In this document: piece after piece, positions 1 to 9,758 of the stretch
How positions within the stretch are numbered: position 1 is the stretch's first letter
Layout of the letters: every line of letters starts with the position of its first letter
Virus record (IMG/VR): IMGVR_UViG_2654588144_000016
Coordinates: 1-64,000 of that record
Direction: 5' to 3' (one strand)
Length of the DNA: 64,000 nt
DNA from: a virus
Taxonomy: Duplodnaviria > Caudoviricetes
Translations under genes and position numbers: made by a program
Notes under the pieces: generated by a model
Databases searched by the model: none
What the model saw: only the letters and a program-made list of their open reading frames with translations
What the model was told of the DNA's origin: nothing

Positions 1-525
1 CATCTGCGCCACAAACTGCTCGTACCAAGACTGGTCTGGCTCTGGGATTCCGCCGCCAATCTCCAGCCCATCATGGATGGTATAGGATGCAGGGAGGGTC
101 TTCCAGGTTACACGCTCCCGTGCGCTGTTGGTGCCGGTCGCATATATCATCATCTGGATTGTCCCTGGCTCCTGTGTGGCCTGTGCCGGTACCTGCCAGC
201 ACATCCTCACATGGCTGTCCGACTTGGACACGTTGCAGGGTACGCCATCCCCACCCCCATAGACCGTCTGGTAGTGGATGTACAGGTGCTGGGCGGTGAG
301 GTCCAGGCCGTCATCGCACCTGGGCAACTGGAAGCCCACGAACTGGGCATTCTGTTCGCCCCTGACCGATATCTGGTCGTTAAAGTCCGCAATGCGCTTG
401 TTGGTGACCGGGACATACTCCGGCTCCACGTACAGCGTATATGACGGGTAGTTATTATCCTTGGTCCAGGTCTCGTCACCGTCTGCATAAGCCTGTCTTG
501 CCAGTATCTCATCTACCGTTGCCAT
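1..525 (-). CDS. BppU-like baseplate/fibre protein, N-terminal part (runs off window)
   Basis: Manual translation from ATG 525: MATVDEILARQ...ISVRGEQNAQFVGFQLPRCDDGLDL..., open to position 1; not in ORF track. Confidence 0.6.
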   Translation of the reverse strand, partial: MATVDEILARQAYADGDETWTKDNNYPSYTLYVEPEYVPVTNKRIADFNDQISVRGEQNAQFVGFQLPRCDDGLDLTAQHLYIHYQTVYGGGDGVPCNVSKSDSHVRMCWQVPAQATQEPGTIQMMIYATGTNSARERVTWKTLPASYTIHDGLEIGGGIPEPDQSWYEQFVAQM

Positions 526-857
526 GCCTGTCCGCTCCCCCTCTCCTGCTTAATTGTAATCAGGTTGGTGGTAATCCTCTGGCCATTCTCACGCTGGCCA
601 ACCACCCCGATTTTAAATGTGTCATAGGCCGTGATTTCATCCGGCACAATGCAGGCGCCATCCTTAATCAGCCTGCCAACCTCCTGGGACCGTAAGTATG
701 GATAGAATGCCGCCACCCGGACAGTCCCGTCCCAGTCCTGCCCAAACTCAAATGCCGCCTGAAGGTAGCCCGATGTGCCTGCAATTATGTTGCTAAAATC
801 ACAGCCAGGAGCCCTTATCAGCTCCTGGCCAGATACTTTAAACCTTAATGTCCTCAT
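513..857 (-). CDS. Phage protein, BppU-N-like beta domain
   Basis: 114-aa ORF overlapping the next start; FEFGQDWDG motif typical of baseplate-associated proteins. Confidence 0.5.
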   Translation of the reverse strand: MRTLRFKVSGQELIRAPGCDFSNIIAGTSGYLQAAFEFGQDWDGTVRVAAFYPYLRSQEVGRLIKDGACIVPDEITAYDTFKIGVVGQRENGQRITTNLITIKQERGSGQAWQR

Positions 858-889
858 AGCATAGCCTTTCTGCCGTTGCGATATCGCAA

Positions 890-1093
890 TTACTCCTTTT
901 CGTCGTCTACTCCATTATTGTTACGGTCACTTGGGCCTCCTACACCGCTCTGGTGCTTACCCGGATGCGGCGTGTCTGTTGGTGCATCATACAGGTATGG
1001 GGTGGGCTGTTTTTCCTGCAGGTCTGGCCCGTCTGCCAGGTATCCTCCATTTCCCGGAATATGCGCTGCATTTTTTCCTGTTGATTCTGCCAT
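890..1093 (-). CDS. Small hypothetical phage protein
   Basis: 67-aa ORF with AGGAAAGAGAGG RBS. Confidence 0.55.
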   Translation of the reverse strand: MAESTGKNAAHIPGNGGYLADGPDLQEKQPTPYLYDAPTDTPHPGKHQSGVGGPSDRNNNGVDDEKE

Positions 1094-1177
1094 AATATGT
1101 ACCTCTCTTTCCTTTTTTGGGTTGATAAGTTAAACCGCCATTACCCTGGCGGCCGGGAGATAGCGGACCACCCCCTT

Positions 1178-1357
1178 CTATTTCTGTTTACTTTTTTCTG
1201 ACTGTGTACCAAAGTAAAACCCTACAATCATCGTAAAAATAGTCAAAAATTGCTCCCCGGTAATCTCACCGGCGCAAGTAAGGCCGATGAATCCACCTGT
1301 CAAAGCTAACGTCATAATGGATTTAACATCAATCAGTTTTGCAATCTTTTCTTTCAT
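1178..1357 (-). CDS. Holin (2 TM)
   Basis: Manual translation MKEKIAKLIDVKSIMTLALTGGFIGL...FTMIVGFYFGTQ; 59 aa, below ORF-track cutoff. Confidence 0.75.
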   Translation of the reverse strand: MKEKIAKLIDVKSIMTLALTGGFIGLTCAGEITGEQFLTIFTMIVGFYFGTQSEKSKQK

Positions 1358-1360
1358 GCC

Positions 1361-1666
1361 TTATTCCTCTCCTTCCGGCTCTGTTGGAAGAGCCATTATT
1401 TCTTCATATAATTTTGTTCCAACCCCATTACCATGAAGGGCGTGGTACTGCTTATACACATCCTCAATAGACTGTTTTACGTATATCGGGCAATAATGTA
1501 AATCATCATGATACTTATTATATACTCTGATGATTTCTGCCCGGAGCAAAGCGCGTACTCCATTCCTGCTGGCCATAACTTGGCTATACAGATATGCTAT
1601 GACCGGGACAAATGCGCTACACACCCATCCCGGCCATGAATTTTTAACGTATTCAAATAGCTCCAT
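1361..1666 (-). CDS. Holin-like membrane protein
   Basis: N-terminal TM segment then GVRALLR...YHALHGNG motif common in Firmicutes phage lysis modules. Confidence 0.65.
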   Translation of the reverse strand: MELFEYVKNSWPGWVCSAFVPVIAYLYSQVMASRNGVRALLRAEIIRVYNKYHDDLHYCPIYVKQSIEDVYKQYHALHGNGVGTKLYEEIMALPTEPEGEE

Positions 1667-1738
1667 CTCTTATCCTCTTACAATAATTTATAGGGTAGCT
1701 TTTTCTTTCCAAACCACCAGCAACGAAACTGCCTGACA

Positions 1739-1864
1739 TCACTGTTTTTCGGAAAGAATCTCCTGCTTCTGCGTTTCTGTAATCCAACCTTTAATAACGG
1801 CATTTGCCAATCCAACTGCCGTCAGTTTCCCGGAAACATACAATCTTTTTAATCTTTCAAACAT
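1739..1864 (-). CDS. XkdX-family small protein
   Basis: Manual translation MFERLKRLYVSGKLTAVGLANAVIKGWITETQKQEIL; position just after fibre genes. Confidence 0.7.
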   Translation of the reverse strand: MFERLKRLYVSGKLTAVGLANAVIKGWITETQKQEILSEKQ

Positions 1865-1867
1865 CTT

Positions 1868-2323
1868 TTATTCCTCCAGATTTGTCACTAATAATGCGTC
1901 AACAGTTGCGTTTAATTCAGAAATCTGCGCCTTGGCTTCATCCAATTCCGCCCGGACATCTCCTGTTGCCAACTCAATAATCACCACAGTAGCGGTCACA
2001 TCTTTATATTCGGCAACAGCATTTTCATCAAGGTCACCTTTATCAACCACCTCTCTTCCAACCACGTAATTCTTCTGTTTTTTGCATCCGGTCTGGTACT
2101 TATATCCCTTCTTGATGTCCATCTCTTCTCCAGAAGCATCAAGGATGGTGACAGTCGCAATGTTTTCTGCCACCTCAGTTTCACTATCCACCGCCGACAA
2201 TGTTTTGTCTCCCAGGAGAGCAATAATCGTCAGTTTACTTCTATCCGTGTTTTCCCGGAGACCTCCTGGGACAATCTCGTAGATACTTCCATTGGCTAAT
2301 TTAGCCTTTTCATAGTTGTTCAT
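1868..2323 (-). CDS. Fibre-associated protein with C-terminal coiled coil
   Basis: Start MNNYEK at 2323 after AAGGAG RBS; typical gene preceding xkdX. Confidence 0.6.
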   Translation of the reverse strand: MNNYEKAKLANGSIYEIVPGGLRENTDRSKLTIIALLGDKTLSAVDSETEVAENIATVTILDASGEEMDIKKGYKYQTGCKKQKNYVVGREVVDKGDLDENAVAEYKDVTATVVIIELATGDVRAELDEAKAQISELNATVDALLVTNLEE

Positions 2324-2409
2324 AATGTATTTTTTCTCCTTTCTATGCATAAAAATAAGACCCGGAAAAGGTCCATAAATAAGTGATTTCGATTTTAAAA
2401 TATTTAAAG

Positions 2410-2419
2410 TAGCAATTTA
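2410..2419 (+). repeat. Crossover site A1 (TAGCAATTTA)
   Basis: TTTAAAGTAGCAATTTAGC; inverted relative to A2. Confidence 0.85.
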
Positions 2420-2770
2420 GCGAACAAGAATATTATCGGGACCTATAATATTCCTAATATTACAGGCGTTTCAACATCGCCGAAGAATATCGCAGGCGGA
2501 TATCATAATGTGGCGAAATATAGTAATGGACAATGTATGTATTCTGCCCTAGTATATGTCTATACATCGGCTATCTCTAACTCCGTCATTGGAACCATAT
2601 CCAGCCAATATGCCCCAAAGCAGGATATCAGCGCCTATGTATATGATTTTGCAGGAAAACGCTTCCTCATGATATTAATATCGCCAGATGGGACAATAAA
2701 ACTGCTGACGTTGGAAGGGACAGCAATACCGGAATCTGCGGTTAAAGTAAGGGGAAGTATCGTGTTTTGA
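2411..2770 (+). other. Silent tail-fibre C-terminal cassette 1 (119 aa, SNLANKNIIG...GSIVF)
   Basis: Open frame from the AGC AAT TTA of site A1, in frame with ORF 2510..2770; no RBS/start of its own. Confidence 0.8.
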
Positions 2771-2771
2771 T

Positions 2772-2783
2772 AAATAATCATTT
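2772..2783 (-). repeat. Cassette junction motif B1 (AAATGATTATTT)
   Basis: Same 12-mer as 7671..7682 and 28370..28381; contains the fibre stop codon. Confidence 0.75.
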
Positions 2784-3668
2784 AATAGCGATTACAAGAC
2801 CCGAAAGACTTATGTTTGCTGTGCCTGTTGCTTGGTTATTACCTTTAATATGTACTTGTCCGTTTTGCCATATACAAGTGCTTATGTTTATTTTAGTACT
2901 GTTATCTCCAGAGATATCAGATAATACAGAAAATACCCATCTATACGCAGATGTCTCAATGTCCACGGGTATATTGGCAAAAAAATCATCTCCGGCAACA
3001 ATAGGAATACTCGATTTAGAATAAGTCATCACAGTTATTTTGGATGCTAAATTGCTATTTAAATTATTTGCCGCTTCCGTCAAATTAGCTCCGGCGGTCA
3101 ACTGTGTTCCCATTCCAATCCGCTCAACCAGTGTATGAATATACGCCGCAGTCGGAATCTTGCTAGAATCATTTGAATCAATGCTGGTAAGCATACTTTT
3201 CAATAATGCGTTCTGATTCAAATTCATTGTCGTGGCAATAGCTTTAGACACCTTGCCTAAAATGGTTGCAATTGCTTCTCCAGTGATAATATTCGCCAAA
3301 TTAGCAGCCTGAGTGAATTCCGTATTGACATCAATTGCGCTATCACTTCCCACCTTAATACTGTTACTTCCTTTTACAATGCCAGTGGTAGATTGGGTAG
3401 CCTTTTTTGCACTCATCTTTCCACTGCTGTTAACGGTAGTTGTTGTGCCGTCTGGCATGACAATACCGGCCTTAGAAGCTGTTGCCAGCACTGCGCTTTT
3501 GCAGAATAATTTGTAGTTCACGCCATCATCTGTAGGCGTAACACCCTTCACTGTTTTTAGCGTCATGTACGCATCACCCTGATAATGTACAAAGGTCAAT
3601 TTTTCATATGTTGTACTGGCGGAATAATTCCCACCGTCTGTCACTGCTACTTTTCCTAAATCTGCCAT
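2778..3668 (-). CDS. Tail fibre / receptor-binding protein: constant aa 1-204 plus expressed cassette 2 (aa 205-296)
   Basis: Fibre-like repeats (ATASKAGIV, ATQSTTGIV); junction NNLNSNLA encoded by site A2. Confidence 0.8.
   Translation of the reverse strand: MADLGKVAVTDGGNYSASTTYEKLTFVHYQGDAYMTLKTVKGVTPTDDGVNYKLFCKSAVLATASKAGIVMPDGTTTTVNSSGKMSAKKATQSTTGIVKGSNSIKVGSDSAIDVNTEFTQAANLANIITGEAIATILGKVSKAIATTMNLNQNALLKSMLTSIDSNDSSKIPTAAYIHTLVERIGMGTQLTAGANLTEAANNLNSNLASKITVMTYSKSSIPIVAGDDFFANIPVDIETSAYRWVFSVLSDISGDNSTKINISTCIWQNGQVHIKGNNQATGTANISLSGLVIAIK
3048..3057 (-). repeat. Crossover site A2 inside fibre gene
   Basis: Minus strand TTTAAATAGCAATTTAGC. Confidence 0.85.
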
Positions 3669-3738
3669 ATTACGTCACCTCACTAATCAAATGTTTCTGC
3701 ATCCCATATAACCGTCCTATCCTTACCAATCCTTACAA

Positions 3739-4521
3739 TCATACTGTCTCCCCACTTCCAATTTGAGAAATAAGATGCCCAGATGAATCTAATGACAGAT
3801 AAAAATTATTTCCACCAATAGCTAACAGATGTCCATTCCCAATATCCACGTATACATTTGGATAAGTCATTGCGGCAACTTCTTGTGCGATTTCGGAATA
3901 TTTTTTAGATTGGTCACAGTAATATTCTGCATTATCTGTCTCGCTTCCATCAAATTCAGCATCACCGATAGCATATCGCTTTGCATTTTTCTGGTACTGC
4001 AAGGCAAGGTCTCTAGCCGACTCAGCATCCAAAAGATATTGCAAAAACGTACTTTGGATAGACGCATCCAGCTTCGCCATGGTAACGGAACCGTCAACGA
4101 TTTCAGCCGTAACTTTCCTGTTTACCATCTTCATCGTGATTGTTGCTGTATTTGAAAAGCTATACACAAACCTTGTCAAATCTACCCGTTTCTTAGTCCC
4201 ATCAGCCAAGGTGAGGATTAGGATATTGTCATCCGTTATGTCAAAATTCACAACTACACGCTCAATGTCCAAATCGTATGTATATACCGTACCGTTTAGC
4301 AGAGTAACCGTAATCACACCAGTTTTCGCATCAACCACAACGGATTTAACCATCAGATTTGCTTCCGATTTTTCTAGTTTTTCAGTATCAAGGTGGATAA
4401 TCCGGTTATCGGCTTCCTTGATTCCGTTTTCTACATGGAGAAGGTTTGTCCTGTTTATTGGCGTTTTCTGAATTGGAAGGTTCTGCCAATCCGTTATCTG
4501 GTAAAACGGTTTATATGCCAT
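3739..4521 (-). CDS. Baseplate/tail-fibre-associated structural protein
   Basis: 260 aa; N-terminal W-N-P...TPINRTNLLHVENGI motif common in Firmicutes tail proteins. Confidence 0.6.
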   Translation of the reverse strand: MAYKPFYQITDWQNLPIQKTPINRTNLLHVENGIKEADNRIIHLDTEKLEKSEANLMVKSVVVDAKTGVITVTLLNGTVYTYDLDIERVVVNFDITDDNILILTLADGTKKRVDLTRFVYSFSNTATITMKMVNRKVTAEIVDGSVTMAKLDASIQSTFLQYLLDAESARDLALQYQKNAKRYAIGDAEFDGSETDNAEYYCDQSKKYSEIAQEVAAMTYPNVYVDIGNGHLLAIGGNNFYLSLDSSGHLISQIGSGETV

Positions 4522-4715
4522 TACACATCTCCCTCTTTCTTTTCTTCTTCAATATATTCCTTTAATGGTTTTCCGGCTTCCAAGATGCTGGCAATCAGTG
4601 CTAGTTTCCGGGCCGCCGCAATTCCCTTGCATTCAAGGCTATCAATAAATCCAACAACTTTATCTATGTCTCTTTTACGGTATACTATCAGTTCGTCTCG
4701 TTTTTCCATGTCCAT
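4521..4715 (-). CDS. Small hypothetical tail-region protein
   Basis: 64-aa ORF coupled to both neighbours. Confidence 0.5.
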   Translation of the reverse strand: MDMEKRDELIVYRKRDIDKVVGFIDSLECKGIAAARKLALIASILEAGKPLKEYIEEEKKEGDV

Positions 4716-6772
4716 TCATCCTTCCTCAAATTTATATACTGAATTGCTCCCGCGAGAATTGCTATATAGTTTCCATATGGCAACGTATATATATCCTCTT
4801 TCTCGTAGTATCCAACCAACGCATAATCCAGATGTAATTCACGCAATACTGTTTTGACATCCTGTGCTATAAATCCTACGCCATGTATATCACAGTCTAT
4901 CAGTTTATAAGCTACAGGTTGCAATCTGGAAACTATTTCATAACATTCCTCTGGGCTTATTTTTTGAATATTCTCCTTGCATCTTCCGTCTGAAATATAC
5001 TGCCAATCCTTACCATACACCGTACCAGTACAATATATCCCTCTCGCATTAACACCGCCAAACGACCCCGTGCCAGCCTCTATTTCTCCATTGCACTCAA
5101 TCCCTTTCTCAGCATAAATGATTCCTGTTGAGTTAAATGCCGCGGCCCTTATTACAGCGTCTGAAGCTTCAACAATGCCAGATGAATTAACCTTAAATTT
5201 CCCGTTACCAATATCGATATTGCCGCCAATAAAAGAGGCACCTCTAATATTTCCCGAAAAAACAGAATCACCACTTTCATCAACCGTAAAATTTTTTGCA
5301 GTAATGATAAAATTCCCTGTGGTCAATTCTATCCTATGGCCTGTTATTTTTAATTCTGAATTCAGCTCACTTGTAACTTCACCCCTGGAAACCTTCTCGC
5401 TAACGCGCAGAGCTATTTCATTTGCTTTTACCGACAAAGAGGATTCAGCTTCCTGCGCTCGCTTAACCTCAGCAGAAATTTCATTGGATGTCACTTTAAA
5501 TTGAGCTTCAGCATATTCTTTTAAATCCGTTACTTTGACAGATACTTCCTCGACTGATTTTTTAATTACAGCTGCTTTTCCCTCTAGCTGGACAATCTCT
5601 GAACGTATGCCTGTATTCTCTTCCAATTCAAGGCTTCCGCGAGCCTCATAGGTATCCATCATTCCCTGGATGCCATTTAGCGTCCGCTTTAGGCAATAGG
5701 TTTCAATTACATCATCTGTTGTATAACAGATAATACCATCTCCCACCTCAACCCAAGGAAGCGCCGGGCCCACTATTTTGCACGGCCTGTACAACCGTCC
5801 ACTTATCTGGTCATAGATAACATCCGCAATTCTGTCTAATTCTTCGCTTGATTTTCCATATGCCAGAAAATTCCCTTGAACCACATAGCAATTTGTACCT
5901 TCCTCATGTGACCAACCGCCAATATCGCCCTCTTCCTGACGTATTTGGACTTTATCAATTGGCCTCACTGTATAATCTTCATAACTGGTTTCTGACTGTT
6001 TATAAAAAGATAGTGTCTCCCCTTGTGACATCTGGGAGGGGAATAAATTATCGTCAGGAAATAAATCTTCGGAAGGAAACAGACTTGCATTTTCAAGCGA
6101 AACATATTTCACTCGGCCAGTCTTATCTATCTGCCCGAAGCATCCATTAATTTCGCAAATGGCCTGCAACACTTTTAATCCGCTCAATTGCTCCGGCTCG
6201 ATTGTCTTTGAAATCAGCATATTATCAAGTGGGAGCGACGTGTCAACCTGCTCTATTCCGATATGACCGCACAATGAATCCCGGAGAGATTTCAGCGTCA
6301 TTGGGAAATTCAGGCCCTGATACCAGGCAGTAACGTCCGTTTGAAATCTTCTCATTCGATTGTAAGCGGTGATTTTCTTTTTTCTGCGGTCAGATTCCAA
6401 CCTCACAAAACTTTCTACCCGATAAATCCCCATGGCCATTTCGTATCCACCAACTTCAATGGTGAAGATAAATTCTTTTCCGGAAAGGTCAATCAATACA
6501 TCTGCCACAGTGATTTCAAACTGCGCCGCATTACACTCTCCAAATTTCAAATCATCGCTTTCACATAGGCTCTCAGTGATTGTCAATGCTTCGGTAAGCA
6601 CCTGCTTATTGTCTATCACATAACACGGCTCTTGGTCTATCGGAAGCAACTCGCCAGAAGGAGACAGGGGAACATCTTTGTTGTAGAAATACAATTTCAA
6701 ATGTCTCCGTGTATCATTTGTTGTATTGTCAGACTTAAATAAACTCTTTATGCTCTCCGGAATATCCAGCAT
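4688..6772 (-). CDS. Tail tip/spike protein with C-terminal S74-type intramolecular chaperone
   Basis: 694 aa; C-terminal SDGRCKENI...LQPVAY...GFIAQDV motif; follows distal tail gene. Confidence 0.75.
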   Translation of the reverse strand: MLDIPESIKSLFKSDNTTNDTRRHLKLYFYNKDVPLSPSGELLPIDQEPCYVIDNKQVLTEALTITESLCESDDLKFGECNAAQFEITVADVLIDLSGKEFIFTIEVGGYEMAMGIYRVESFVRLESDRRKKKITAYNRMRRFQTDVTAWYQGLNFPMTLKSLRDSLCGHIGIEQVDTSLPLDNMLISKTIEPEQLSGLKVLQAICEINGCFGQIDKTGRVKYVSLENASLFPSEDLFPDDNLFPSQMSQGETLSFYKQSETSYEDYTVRPIDKVQIRQEEGDIGGWSHEEGTNCYVVQGNFLAYGKSSEELDRIADVIYDQISGRLYRPCKIVGPALPWVEVGDGIICYTTDDVIETYCLKRTLNGIQGMMDTYEARGSLELEENTGIRSEIVQLEGKAAVIKKSVEEVSVKVTDLKEYAEAQFKVTSNEISAEVKRAQEAESSLSVKANEIALRVSEKVSRGEVTSELNSELKITGHRIELTTGNFIITAKNFTVDESGDSVFSGNIRGASFIGGNIDIGNGKFKVNSSGIVEASDAVIRAAAFNSTGIIYAEKGIECNGEIEAGTGSFGGVNARGIYCTGTVYGKDWQYISDGRCKENIQKISPEECYEIVSRLQPVAYKLIDCDIHGVGFIAQDVKTVLRELHLDYALVGYYEKEDIYTLPYGNYIAILAGAIQYINLRKDEWTWKNETN

Positions 6773-6785
6773 CTATTATCACCAC

Positions 6786-7190
6786 CTAATATTCTGTAAA
6801 TGTTACCTTAATTGGCTTGTACAAAATCTCATTTTTCCCTTCATCAACCATATAAAATTCGTATGGCACATCAGCAATATAAAACGCCCCCGAAGCATAC
6901 GAGGACGTATTAGGATTCCAATATTCAACTTGACATTTCACCCTGTTGTCATGCGGCAAGAAGGAATTAAGTATTTCCGCATCTTTCAAATACAAGGCAG
7001 TTGTTGTGAATTCGATTGATGTAGCCGTGTGTGGAAGCGCAGTCCGATGCAATACTCCATCCGCATCTCGATATGGGTCTAAATCCATTATCTGGTCTGG
7101 AGTGATTTTTAGGGATTCAGCCGCAATAAGTCTGGTGGGGAACGTCTTTCCATTTATTTTTAACAGCCATCCTTCAAAAGCCATAATCAT
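6786..7190 (-). CDS. Distal tail (Dit-like) protein
   Basis: 134 aa; LLKING...RDADGVLHR...VTFTEY; first gene of tail-tip module. Confidence 0.6.
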   Translation of the reverse strand: MIMAFEGWLLKINGKTFPTRLIAAESLKITPDQIMDLDPYRDADGVLHRTALPHTATSIEFTTTALYLKDAEILNSFLPHDNRVKCQVEYWNPNTSSYASGAFYIADVPYEFYMVDEGKNEILYKPIKVTFTEY

Positions 7191-7312
7191 CCCCTCTTAG
7201 CAAACAAAAACACCCAGGATTACCCAGGTGTTATCATATTTCTCTCACTATAAATTTTATCACTTTTTGAATGAAAATTATGAAACTTATTTAATATGAC
7301 ATTCTTCTAAAC

Positions 7313-7373
7313 AATACCATTTTAACATATCCAGGGTGGCATTTGTGGCAAAGATGAATAAAGTAGCAATTTA
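7313..7373 (-). promoter_or_regulatory. 61-bp repeat copy 1: putative late promoter (TGCCAC direct repeat, TGnTAAAAT -10) fused to site A3
   Basis: 57/61 identical to 28045..28105 by eye; points into the tail-tip genes; promoter function is inferred. Confidence 0.7.
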
Positions 7374-7676
7374 GAACTGGAATCAGGGGGAACTACCATT
7401 AATACGGATTGGGTTACCGGAACAGCCAATTATTATAAAATCGGAAAACAATGTGTGGTCAATGCGCTTGTTACATTAAAGCAAGATACATCAGTTAATA
7501 ATACACTACTAATCAGCGGATTGCCTGCTGCTGCGCAGGAAAAAGTATGCCTGATTCATGGTACAACAGGATATGGGGTATTTAAAGTTCTTGCCAATAC
7601 TGGCGACATAACTATTGATGCCGGAGCCAAGGGAAACAGCATATTTTACTTCGAGATAATTTATCCCGCCAAATGA
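7365..7676 (+). other. Silent fibre cassette 3 (103 aa, SNLELESGG...IYPAK)
   Basis: Open frame from site A3 (7364..7373), in frame with ORF 7455..7676. Confidence 0.8.
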
Positions 7677-7682
7677 TTATTT
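7671..7682 (+). repeat. Cassette junction motif B2 (AAATGATTATTT)
   Basis: Contains abutting TGA (+) and TAA (-) stops. Confidence 0.75.
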
Positions 7683-7910
7683 AGTCCAGGATGGTTTCCA
7701 CTCATTATCCTGACGATAGAAGAACTTCATTGCACCATCCGTGGTGCTAATATTAAGTGCATAGCCAAATTCCCTATTCGGTCCAGTCAACCACTGAATT
7801 AGAACATTGTTACTGTCAGTACCAATTGCAAATCCAGTGACGTTGAGCATGACAATCGATTTTTTCAAATTGTTAAAATCAACGGCATTTGCTTTATTTG
7901 TTAAATTGCT
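7677..7910 (-). other. Silent fibre cassette 4 (77 aa, SNLTNKANAV...PSWTK)
   Basis: Open frame from site A4 (TAAATTGCTA 7902..7911). Confidence 0.78.
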
Positions 7911-7929
7911 ATTTTCCAAAATAGAACAG

Positions 7930-7960
7930 GGCAGGAAAGCCATAAGGGGGCTTTCCTGCC
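7930..7960. terminator. Perfect 12-bp hairpin, probable terminator after R-M genes
   Basis: GGCAGGAAAGCC-N7-GGCTTTCCTGCC. Confidence 0.6.
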
Positions 7961-8056
7961 TTGATTACCCATCAGCAAAGACGGGCGAGGCTGTCAACGG
8001 CGGCGCTGTAAGCGCCGTTCATCTTGACCGTTGACTGGCTCGGATGGCTATGCTAT

Positions 8057-9745
8057 TTACGAAGCCAACCACGTATCTACGCAAGCTTGAATGCCAAAAC
8101 ACCAATGATTTTCATCTGTTGCATCCTCACAAAATTTGATGGCATAGTCGAGGAAACGCCGAATGTCGCTTGGAACAGGTTGCGTTTCATAGTTATATGA
8201 GTTTTCAATAAGACGCATAAATTGATCTAGTTCTAATGGTATGATTTTCGACTTGCCACCATATAACGCAATAGACAAATGATTTAGGCCGTAAAAATGT
8301 GCCAGAGTTGCAGGATTGATAGACGGAGCGATAAAGAGACAATAAGTGTCTTTTCCAGATCTTTTCTTCAACTGACCATAATGACGTGCAACGGGTTCTC
8401 CTTCAGATTCATATTGACGCTGACCAGCTTGTAAGGTTACCTCTACAGACAAAGAAAAATCGTCATAGTCACATTCGATATCAGGCATATTTCCGGCCGC
8501 GGTCGAAAGTGGATGTCCAGCGTCATCAAAATTGAAATTACCTTTAATATTGCCGCCGTCAAGCATAGTCATTGCTCGCCATGTATTATACTCAAACATC
8601 AAGGGCGCGTCATAATATTCATCAGAGATAATTTCATTGAATGTGTCAATAATTTCCGAGTACAACGCATAAGATTTTATTTCTGCTACCTGCTCATGTA
8701 TAACAGCATCTTTGTGTCGTTGAACAATCTCATCACGTAAGTCTTTTAGTTCCTCAAGATTTATGCCTGATAACTCCCGTTTCGTAAAATTGCCAATCCG
8801 CATAAGTACATCAACAATATTATCTATATTATCTGTATAAAGAATAGGCGTACTTGCTGAAAACAACTGTGTTTTATAAGCGTTTACATCATTAATAAAA
8901 ACTGGGTCACGCGTCACCGTTGAAAGAATAAAGTCCACTTCAATGACTTTGTCTGCAAAAATAGATATAGACCGACTTTTATGAGAGATAGAGATTAAGC
9001 CAGTATACCTCAAGTAACGGAAGCAAGCATCTGCATAATCACGCATATTACTTTTCTGAGTAGCAATAAACTTTTTTAAACTGGCATCATTTGTTTCTCT
9101 TGTCCTTGTTTTCCCAGCAGCAATTCTATCACGATGTATATCTAAGATTGCATTTTCCCATACGCTATTAACAAAGCGCTTATACTGCCCTCTGTTTTGT
9201 TCTTTATTCTCTCTGAATTGCAAAATAGAATCCCGTATTATCTCAAATTTATGATAATCTGTCATCTGGACAGCAAATATCTTAAATTCATCAAAGGTAA
9301 TGTATTCCAATTCACGGACTAACCGAAAAATTTCGAGATAAGGGCGAATACAAAAAGTCCCAACAATATTTTTGCTCTCCAAATGATATGGAGAAGGTAA
9401 CTGGAATTTTAGTAATTGTCGAAGAAAAATTTCTTGTGGACGCTTGCCATAGATAAAAGCATTCCCAGCTTCCGTTAACTCTATATACGGTTTCAAGTCG
9501 ATAAACCCCAATGCCTTTGGTGCCCGATTGATTCTGTCTCTGGCACTAAACGCTTTATCTGCGGGCGATCCTTTTCCCTCAAAAAATTCACTTTGCGCTA
9601 ATTCATCAATAAACTGCTCTTGAGTCGATTTGTCCCATGATAGCCCTGAAAATTTTTCATGCAATAACTGAATTTCGGGTATCATTTTAGCCGGAGTTCT
9701 TGGCGAAGTAGTAAAAAACAATAGCTTATTATCAATTCTTGCCAC
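8057..9745 (-). CDS. AlwI-family type IIS restriction endonuclease (MlyI/PleI/Nt.BstNBI-like)
   Basis: N-terminal TSPRTP motif; C-terminal PD...VEVTL...QYESEGEPVARH catalytic region. Confidence 0.85.
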   Translation of the reverse strand: MARIDNKLLFFTTSPRTPAKMIPEIQLLHEKFSGLSWDKSTQEQFIDELAQSEFFEGKGSPADKAFSARDRINRAPKALGFIDLKPYIELTEAGNAFIYGKRPQEIFLRQLLKFQLPSPYHLESKNIVGTFCIRPYLEIFRLVRELEYITFDEFKIFAVQMTDYHKFEIIRDSILQFRENKEQNRGQYKRFVNSVWENAILDIHRDRIAAGKTRTRETNDASLKKFIATQKSNMRDYADACFRYLRYTGLISISHKSRSISIFADKVIEVDFILSTVTRDPVFINDVNAYKTQLFSASTPILYTDNIDNIVDVLMRIGNFTKRELSGINLEELKDLRDEIVQRHKDAVIHEQVAEIKSYALYSEIIDTFNEIISDEYYDAPLMFEYNTWRAMTMLDGGNIKGNFNFDDAGHPLSTAAGNMPDIECDYDDFSLSVEVTLQAGQRQYESEGEPVARHYGQLKKRSGKDTYCLFIAPSINPATLAHFYGLNHLSIALYGGKSKIIPLELDQFMRLIENSYNYETQPVPSDIRRFLDYAIKFCEDATDENHWCFGIQACVDTWLAS

Positions 9746-9758
9746 TACTACGCCCTCC

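Noticed and set aside
5886-5895. TAGCAATTTG near-match to crossover site A (also AATTGCTA near 4757 and 42189)
   Set aside because: Imperfect, inside coding genes, no cassette or B motif attached; compatible with chance in AT-rich DNA
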